DNA of 64,000 nucleotides from assembly GCF_009914755.1 (NCBI RefSeq), contig NC_060947.1, one strand, 5' to 3'. This DNA is from the human T2T-CHM13v2.0 reference genome, Homo sapiens. Positions 54,841-64,000 of the stretch are shown one piece after another (within the stretch, counting starts at the first letter, position 1; each line of letters starts with the position of its first letter). The position numbers and the translations under genes were made by a program. Under the pieces are notes generated by a model, which did no database searches, was not told the origin of the DNA, and was given only the letters and a program-made list of their open reading frames with translations.

Positions 54841-56844
54841 TAAAATGGCTTTTATCCAAAAGACAGGAAATAACAAACGCTGGCGAGGATATAGAGAAAA
54901 GGGAATCCTCAAACACTGTTGATGGGAATGTAAATATTAGTACAACCACTATGGAGAACAGTTTGGAGGTTCCTCAAAAAAATGAAAATAGAGCTACCTT
55001 ATGGTCCAGCAATCCCACTGCTAGGTATCTACCCCAAAGAAAGGAAATCAGCATATCACAGAGATCTCTGCACTCCCACATTCATTGCAGTACTATTCAC
55101 AATAGCCAAGATTTGGAAGCAACCTAAATATCCCATCAACAGATGAATGGATACAGAAAATGTGGGCATATACACAGCAGAGTACTATTCAACCATAAAA
55201 AAGAATGAGATTCAGTCATTTGCAACAACATGGATGGAACTGGACGTCATATATTACATAAAATAAGCCAGGCACAGAAAGACAAACTTCACGTGTTCTC
55301 ACTTATTTGTGAGAGCTAAGAACAAAAACATTTGAACTCATAGAGAGAGTAAAGGATGGCTACTAGAGGCTGGGAAGGGTAGTGAGTCTGTGTGTGTGGG
55401 GAGGTGAAGAGTGTTAATGGGTACAAAAAATAGCTAGGAAGGATGAATAACACCTAGTATTTGCTAGCACAATAAGGTGACTGCAGTGAAAAATAATTTA
55501 ATTGTACATTTAAAAATAACTAAAACAGTATAATTGAATTGTTTGTAACCCAAAAGATAAATGCTTGAGGGGATGAATATCCCATTTACCTGATGTGATT
55601 ATTACATGTTGCATGCCTGTATCAAAATATTCCATGCAACCCATAAATATATATACCTACTATGTACTCACAAAAATTAAAAATTAAAGTTAAAGAACAA
55701 TTAAAATGGGGAAGAGATTTGAAAACTTTACAAAGGAAGATATACAGATGATAAATAAGGACATGAAAAGATGCCCAATATCATTAGACATGTGGGAAAG
55801 GCAAATTAAAACCACAATGAGATACCATGATAAACACATTAGAATAACTGAAATGAAAAAGAATGACCATACCAAGTGTTGACAGGAAAGTGGAGCAAGT
55901 GGAACTCTCACATAATGAAGTGAAGTGTAAAATGGTACAACTGCTTTTTAAAGTATTTTGTCAAAGTTAAACATGTACCTATGAAAATAGAGAAGTTCAA
56001 AAAGAAGAACAAAAAACACCCCCAAATAAATGATATTATGCAGAGGTTGCAGACATTGCAATGACAAAGGTAAGCGTATGACTATGGGAAGAAGCACCTG
56101 AGAGATGATGAGGACTAAGATCCCTGGAGGAGGGAAAGTCAGGGATCTGAGGGGCTAGAGTGTTGGAAGAATCATCTGTGTAGATATTAAAATCACCAAG
56201 AATTATGATAGGAAAGACTAGAGAGAGTAGCCTATAGAAGGAAATAAAAGGTACTTCATCTTACGGCTGCTCTGATCTATTATGCGTAGAATTATTAAGG
56301 TCCAGAAACACTGGACAAAATTTCAATTTTTTGACAAAATTTTCTTTCCCTGATAGTGGATGTGACAAAGAAAATGATATTGTTGATCTTTATGATGGCA
56401 GGGTGTGAAGAGGAATGGGAAGAGGCAACCAACCTTACCAGCTGCATTTGTTTTGTAATAGAAGTCAGACTAAGGATCCAATCAAAACTAGGTTTAGTGA
56501 GTGGAAACATGATTAAGGGTGGGAGGCAGGAAGAAGAATGGAGTCTGATAATAGATACAGCAGGAAGGGTGGATCGCCTTTGGCAAAAGGAAAATCAAAA
56601 CACTGAGGTGTGGGGGAAATGCAGTAAAGTTTTACAGGAAAACTGAAGGGTTTTTTTTTCTGTTATGTTATGCTGATTTAAAGTGCCATCACATACAATT
56701 TTAGGATATAAATTCGCTAGCCTGATTGATGAATTACTGATCTCTTAATTATCTTCAGCTGGCAAAGACAGGATGCAGCCATTCACCAAAACAATTTTTT
56801 TCTTTGTGTTTGTGATCTAAGTTTTTAAACATGAAAAATAATAA

Positions 56845-57120
56845 TGGCAACAATAGTTAACATTTATAAAGTGTTTACTACATTGCCAACTACTGTGCTT
56901 TATACACTTGTTTTATTTAATCCTTACAAATAGGATGATGCTATGAGGTAGGCTCTGTTATTACACTTGTTTTACAGGTGAGGAAACTGAGGCTCAGAGA
57001 GGCTGACTTGCTCAAGTACAGTCGGCTAATCAAGAGTTGATGACATACATCCTCTTCTCACTCAGTAAATTCAGGACCAGGACTATATCCTCCAGACACC
57101 ATACTCTTAAACACTGCCTT
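56845..57120 (-). mobile_element. MIR SINE remnant
   Basis: Core motif ttttacaggtgaggaaactgaggctcagagagg. Confidence 0.75.
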
Positions 57121-57879
57121 CTCTCATTTAATAGTTTTGTTGAATTTTTATATTAATCAGTCTTTATAAGTATTTATAATAGCTATAAGATACTTTGAAA
57201 TGGTCTGAACACTCAGAGTAGAGTATCATCTCTTCCTTCTTTCCCCCACACATTAAAAAAAGTTTTTGACAAAAGTATTACATTCAGAATTTTGGCCCAA
57301 ATGTTAAATTCCATAATTTTATGTACAAATATACTAAAACTTAATTTTAGAGTCTTTGGTACAGAATGCAAACATTCCATTTAACAACAAACAACAAATC
57401 ATTAAGATTATTTCATCCCTACACTTAGAGAAAATAAAATGTGTGTTATGAAATCTTTGTTCTTAGTTATTGGATAGAAACCTTGCTCAAATCATTCAGA
57501 GCTAAAAGACAATGTTTTTATTGACTACACAGAACACATAGATATCGTAGTATAAATTCTTAATTGTGACAGGAGAATGCTTAATCTCTTGTAGTAATGC
57601 CTTTTAAAAATTACTCATTAGCACTTTTAGTCTTTCTCAACCCCTATTTCCCCTCCCAGTATCTTCCACGAAACTTCTAGAGATCTGTGGAACACAGCTT
57701 AAAATAAAACAAAAACCTGGACCAGATGATATTTGAGGTTCTTCCAGAAAATCTGTAATTTGTATCAATGTCATTAGATAAGCTTACATCTAAAGCACTC
57801 CACCTGATAAAATTCTGGACTAGTTTACTAAAAAGTTCACACAACTGAAAACAATTGAATAATATTAGACATAGCTATT

Positions 57880-58032
57880 TTAAAGGAATAGAATTCTAAC
57901 TCTGCCACTAACTAGCTATGTGACCTTGGACAAAGTTACTTAGCTGCTCTTTGCTTTAATTTCTGTATTCATAAAAGAGGGTTAATAAACCACTTAGCAC
58001 AGTGCCTACCATATAGTAAGTACTCAATAAAT
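57880..58032 (+). mobile_element. MIR SINE remnant
   Basis: ctctgccactaactagctatgtgaccttggacaaagttactt core. Confidence 0.7.
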
Positions 58033-59706
58033 TATTGGTTCCTTTGAAAGTTATTATTTAATTCAACATTTTCTCATCCATGTGTGACTTGCTAAAGTTT
58101 CCTGTCCAGATTACCACCCAAATATGAAAAGTCTATGAAGATAAACACATAGGTGAAAGCCAACAATTGATTTCAGGAGTCTAATTGAGTTGAATGAACA
58201 GTTCAGACAAAGGGAACACTTTAGTTACCCAGTGAAGAGACATTACTTCTGATTTGGAATTGGTAAATGTAAAAAGCCAGTTAGGAAATTACAGCTCATT
58301 TATATCCTATCTGAGCAGTTATATGTTTTGCTACAACCCAGAGATAGAAGAAGTCGCTCTTATGCCCGATAGTTTAGCAAACACTTAATTGCATTACCTA
58401 GCACTGCAGGAATTCAAGGGTCTTTCTCTTACAATTTTGAAAAGACAGGTTGATGATGTCCTTGGTGTATATATGTGACAAGCTGTTAAATAATCTAACT
58501 GGCTGTAAAAGCATTACTTTTGCCAATAGGTATTTAACTTAACATTTGGTAAGTATATCTTATTTTATGTCTTTGTAAGCCATCAGGGAGCTGTATAGTT
58601 TTAGAGGCAAGTTACTTAAACTTTAATGCCTTAGTTTACCTATCTAGAAATGATGAGAACAACATTATAATATTGTAATAACTAAAAGTTGTAATGAAGT
58701 AGTAATAACTACTACTATCACTACTACTACTGATGATGCTAGTACTATACAAGCACCATTAATAACAACCTATCTCCTAAGTTGTTAGGACTAAATTAGG
58801 TAACATATGTAAAGTATTTAGAAAAGAGCCAGGCACAATATGAGTTTGTTATTGTTCTTATTATCCTGAATACTATCCAATAGTCAGTGAAAATAAAGGG
58901 AAAAGCTACACAGTTAATGTAAGCGAGGATTTAGTAAGCTGTTTAATTTCTACTGGGAATAACCCATATAAATTTTTCTTTCTTGATGAGCTAATTTGGA
59001 AACACATGTTCCTTTCTCTTGATTTAGGGGTTTTCCAAAGTGCTTTTCTGAAAAGTTGACATGTTAAAAAAAAAAAAAAACAACTCCATGGCAGACCAAA
59101 AAGAAGAAGCAGAGCATTCTAAAATGTCCCCCTCCTCACATAACAAGCACACAGACTCCTGTTTTTTTTCTCCCAGTGTCCATGTGACCCTGCTGTGATG
59201 TTTGTCCATTGTAGAAGTTTAGAAAGTTCTGTCTAGGCTATGTGTGGGAATGGAGTTCTCAGGTCATTCTCGGCCCTCTCCTCCACCCAGTCAGGCCTTC
59301 CAAAACCTATCTCATAAAACACAGATTTTGAGACTTGGAAAGCCCTTAAGGATCATCTTGTCATGCTCCTTCATTGTATAGATGGAGAAAAAAAAGTCTG
59401 GAGAGAAGGAGGGATTTTTCTAAGGTTATATAGGAAGCCATTAAGAATATAATTTAGTCGCTCACTACAAACCAGTCTAGTGCTTTTCCACCATATCACC
59501 TTGCCTTTTTCAGAAGAGATCTGTTTTCCTGTTGTCATCTAAGAACAGTCACACACCCGGGCATTCTTCTAGAACTCAGAGTAGGAAAATAATCACAACA
59601 TTCTTTCCTATCTCTAGCCCAAATGTGGAGAATTTTTAAAGACATTGGACTTCAGTGTCAAAAACTAATATATTCTACATGCAGTTATTATAACTGGAAA
59701 ACTTAC

Positions 59707-59763
59707 CTTTACAAAAAGCTCAATCTCAGGGTCCACTTGAGTGCCGGGCCGCAGGCCTGACAT
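59707..59763 (-). CDS. CLIC2: CLIC2 coding exon 1 (MSGLRPGTQVDPEIELFVK)
   Basis: ATG at 59761-59763 (cat on +), 57 nt, donor GTAAGT at 59701-59706. Peptide matches the CLIC2 N-terminus. Confidence 0.97.
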
Positions 59764-60300
59764 CTTTGTCTTTACTGCCAGTTGTCAGCCTCCTGCCTCC
59801 TGTAGAGTCCACAATACTTGTAGACTCTTTTCTCAATTTTATCCAAAGACTCAAGTAATGTTGGTGCTTTAAGAAGACCGTCTAGCTTGTAGTGGACTGA
59901 GTCAGACCTGGAGCCAGTCTCTTCTCTCAAGAGGTGTGACGCAGAAAATTCTAGATGCTTAAGTGCAGCTCTTGAAATCGTTTTCCTTCTTCCTCGTGAT
60001 CTAACATTTAAATCAAGGAGGAGCCAAAGGGGTGTGTATAAACTGCCTGGCTAGAAGGGTGGGGGTGTTTCCAGAGAGGCTTCAATGCCATGAGTCAGCA
60101 CAGGAGAAACACATGCACAGAAACACACACATGCAGTGCTAGTTTCTATATATCAAGCAGACCAGATGTTTTCTAGAGCCTCCCTTTGAGACCTGGGCTC
60201 CATGCCCAGAAAAGGGCCTCTTATTGGTGTTCCTGTAACTTGAAAGCACTTCCAGGAAAAGGGCCAGAAATGACTTGGATTTTTATTATTGAAAAGGATG
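59764..60300 (-). promoter_or_regulatory. CLIC2: CLIC2 5' UTR and proximal promoter (no CpG island)
   Basis: Unique sequence upstream of the ATG. AP-1 TGAGTCA at 59898-59904 and 60091-60097 (the latter within ATGAGTCAGCA, MARE/ARE-like). GAS-type TTCCAGGAA at 60250-60258. Motif function is untested. Confidence 0.5.
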
Positions 60301-61823
60301 TTTATCCAGTGATACTGTCTAAAAGAGGGTTAAAAAATTGTACTTCATTAAATGTTTCCACCCCCAATCCTACTGCTCACACAGCCAGATTTCTGTTCTG
60401 GGTTGCAAATTTCACTTCTCTCTACAACCAGGGAATGTTCACTGGGGTGGTTGAGTCTGGGGGCTTGTTTAGTGTGCCCCACCTAGTTCTTTATTTCTTG
60501 GAAGCTTGGACTGGAACAGATCACTTCCTTGTTTTGGCGTCTGTATCAGGAACCATGATTAGTTCTGTATTTCTGCTTGTCAACCCTGGGAACAGCAGTA
60601 AAACCAGTCAAACTGAATGTCTCTGTGAGATCACTCTGTGTCTGCAATGTTTCTGACAGCTGTATCTGATGCCTCCAGGGGCTGGGAGGGGGACCCCGGG
60701 ATTAACAAACCTCTTTGGTGGGAAGAGTCTCTTCCTGCTTGGAGCCAAACTGAACATAGATCCATCAGTTGGGCACCACTGTGATCCCCTTTCTATAACA
60801 CCAAGCATTCCCCATGCTCATATGGGCTGTACATGCACCTGCCATTGCCCTGTGTAAAGATTTACAGGATAAGAGGCTCTTGAAAAAACCCAGCCTGCTC
60901 CATACCTGTAGGTTCTAGGGAAGGAGTGGCTGATATGTAGGTGAGTGTTCTTCTGGATGAGGGAAAGACCTCATGATTCCCCAAATGGTTTGAAAAGTGA
61001 GAAGAAAATTGTGCTGGACATCTGCTGAGCCAACCTTAATGGTGAGTTTTGTACTGGCTATTTGGCAGGACCTGGTGTCTGCCTTGTTTAGCTATATTTT
61101 CACTCTATTAATCATACTCTGTTCATTCACTCCAAAGGCAATCAATGAATGTCAACTCTGTGCCAGGATGCTGATCCATTCACTGAGATTGGCAGCACAG
61201 GACAGCCAGTTCGGGAGGACAACAGGAATTCAACTTTAAGCATACTCAGTCTGAGGCCTCCTCACCTTTCCCCACTCCCTATATCTAACTGCTACAAAAT
61301 CTTGTCACTTCTACATCCTGAATATTTTAAAAAATCCATCCACTTCTCTTTGCCCCATGACTACTCCAAATTTCAAGCCAGCAATATTCTTTTTTAATTG
61401 ATTTAAAAATTTTTATTTTAAAAGACCAAATGGTTGCATGACCCTCGACTCTCATGGGAAAACCACAACCCACCACCACCACAGCAACAACAACAAACAG
61501 CCTAATGACCTCTGTATGATCCCTAATAAATTGCCAAAGTAAGGAGATGAAAGTTCTCTTTTTTTCTTGATGCTCACAGTGTTTAAATATTGTATTTAGG
61601 ATAATTTACATGCCATAAAATTTGCATATTTAAAGTGATTTTATAAATTTATTGGGTGGTGCAACCATCACTACAATCTAATTTTAGAACATTTGCATCA
61701 CGTCAGTGACATCTTTCTTACCCATTTGTAATCAATCTTCATTACCACTCCCAGTATTAGGCAACCATTAATCTACTTTCTGTACCTATGGATTTGCCTA
61801 TTCTAAATATTTCATATAAATGT

Positions 61824-62165
61824 TGTGTTAATCCATTTTTGCTTTGCTATAAAGAAATACTTGAGGCTGAATAATTTATAAAGAAAAGAGGTTTAATTGG
61901 TTCATGATTCTGCAGGCTGTACAGAAAGCATGGTGCCAGCATCTGCTTCTGGTGAGAGCCTCAGGAAGGTAGAGTGGGAGCATGCATCTCACATGATGAA
62001 AGTGGGAGGAAGAGAGAAAGTGGTGGGGGGACATGCCACACTCTTTTAAACGACCAACTCTTGCAATGAATTCAGAGGGAGAACTCACTCATTACTATGA
62101 GAGTGGTACCAAGCCACCCATGAAGGACCTGCCCCCATGATGAAAACACCTCCCACCAGGCCCTA
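61824..62165 (-). mobile_element. MST-family LTR (partial)
   Basis: tgtgttaatccatttttgctttgctataaagaaatacttgaggctg..., similar to 31864-32277. Confidence 0.75.
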
Positions 62166-62244
62166 CCAAAACTTGTTTGCTCTTTGCTTTGTTTGCTTAT
62201 AATAGTCATTCCAGTGGCTGTGAAGCGGTATCTTACGGTGATAT

Positions 62245-64000
62245 TTTTCGATTTTAAAAATGGATTTAGAGGGTACAAGTGCAGATTTCTTACATGCATA
62301 TATCGCATCGTGGTGGAGTCTGGGCTTTTAGTGTACCCATCACCTGAAGAGGGAACATTGTACCCAAGAGGTAATTTTTCAACCCTTGTCAACTTCCCAC
62401 CCTTTTGTAGTCTCCAATATCTATTATGCTACTCTATATGTCCATGTGTACCCATTGTTAAGCTCTCACTTACAAGTGAGAATATGTGATATTTGACTTT
62501 CTGTTTCTGAATTATTTTACTTAAGATAACGTACTCCAGTTCCACTCATGTTACTGCAAAACACACGACTTCATTATTTTTTTATGGCTGCATAGTATTC
62601 CACGTATATGTAAAATGCAGATGGGTAGATACCCAGTAGTGAGATTGCTGGATCAAATGGTATTTCATTTTTTACCATGTTTAGTTCTTTGAGAAATCTA
62701 TTTTTAGTTCTTTGAGAAATCTCCATACTGTTTTCCATAAATGTGATAATTTACATTCCCACTAACAGTGCATAAGCATTACTTTTTTCTCCACATCCTC
62801 ACCAACATCTGTTGTTTTTTGATTTTTAAATAATAGCTATTCTGACTGGTGTAAGATAGTATTGTTTGGTTTTAATTTGCATTTCTCTGATAATTAGTGA
62901 TATTGAGCATCTTTCATATGTTTGTTGGCCACTTGTATGTCTTTCAAAAAACACCCATTCATGCCCTTTGCCTACTTTTTAATGGCGTTACTTGTTTTTT
63001 GTTTTTGTTTTTGTCGTTGTTGTTGTTGTTGAGTTGTTGGAGTTTCTTGTAGATTCTGGATATTAGCCTTTGTTAGATACATAATTTGCAAATATTTTTT
63101 CTCATTAGGTAGGTTTACTCTGTTGATTGTTTCTTTTGCTGTGTGGAAGGTTTTTAGCTTAACTGAGTCCCGTCTGTTTATTTTTGTTTGTGTTGCATTT
63201 GCTTTTGAGGACCTGGTCAAAAATTCTTTGCCTAAGCCAGGCCAATGTCCAGAAGAATTTTTCCTACATTTTCTCACAGGATTTTTACAGTTTCATGTCT
63301 AAAGTATAAATCTTTAATCCATCTCGAGTTAATTCATGTATATGGTGAGAGACAGGGGTCCAGTTTCATTCTTCCGCATATGGCTAGCCAGTTTTCCTAG
63401 CACCGTATATTGAAGAGGGTGTTCTTTCTCTATTGTTTAATTTTGTCAATATTGCAGAAGATCAGTTGTTAATAGGTACTTTATTTCTGGGTTCACTATT
63501 CTGTTCCGTTGGTCTATATGTCTATTTTTATACCAATATCATGACGTTTTGGTTACTATAGCCTTGTAGTATAATTCAAAGTCAGAATGTAATACTTCAA
63601 GCTTTGTTCTTTTTGCTTAGGATTGGTTTGGCTATTCAGACTCTTCTTTCGGTTTCATATGAATTTTAAGTTTTTTTAATTATGTGAAAAATTGTGTTGG
63701 TAATTTGATAGAGACTGCACTGAATCTGTAAATTGCTTTGAGCAGTGTGGTCATTTTTAATAATATTGGTTCTTTTGATCCATGAGCATGGGATGTGTTT
63801 TCATTTATTTGTGTCATACACAATTTTTTCATCAGTGTTTTGTAGTTCCTCTTGTAGAGATCTTTCACCTCCTTGATTAAATGTATTCCTAGGTGTTTTA
63901 TTTTTTGTGGCTATTGTAAATGGGTTCTTCATTTGGTTCTTAGCTTGAATGATATTGGTGTAGAGAAATGCTACTGTGTTTTGTACATTGATTTTGTATC
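62245..64000 (-). mobile_element. Old L1 (L1MA/PB-type) 3' UTR and ORF2, running off the window
   Basis: Decayed ORF2 peptides in ORFs 62972..63277 and 63680..63868. Confidence 0.85.

Noticed and set aside
60186-60857. ORFs upstream of CLIC2 as a divergent gene
   Set aside because: No recognisable homology or splice support, and the longest (60186..60656) has no ATG at its called start.
62680-62722. Short direct repeat tttagttctttgagaaatct (also the 24-bp repeat near 40174-40223)
   Set aside because: Two-copy slippage duplications inside decayed L1s, with no spacer or array structure, so not CRISPR-like.

Overview
This is human (primate) genomic DNA. It contains the complete six-exon CLIC2 gene (chloride intracellular channel 2, Xq28) on the minus strand. 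I reconstructed the CDS from the sequence: exons 59707-59763, 24374-24483, 24123-24248, 5274-5380, 4461-4642 and 3215-3376. All introns are GT-AG and the product is 247 aa. Introns 1 (35 kb) and 3 (19 kb) consist largely of retroelements. Intron 3 holds a TWF1 processed pseudogene with a 16-bp TSD, a 3'-truncated PHF10 retrocopy and a 141-bp polyadenylated ERV-LTR retrocopy. Intron 1 holds a full-length L1PA2/3-like element with an open 1275-aa ORF2, and a ~22.7-kb nest of insertions about six layers deep. The most unusual items are (i) a spliced SRD5A2 cDNA fragment inside a THE1 LTR retrotransposon, with no poly(A) and only microhomology at its ends, (ii) an apparent ancient 1.3-kb L1PB 3' transduction defined by an 18-bp TSD, and (iii) an L1 insertion-associated deletion. 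I found no evidence for a new multi-gene system; the novelty is in retrotransposition history. Repeat subfamily and parent-gene calls come from remembered consensus sequences and need RepeatMasker/BLAST confirmation.
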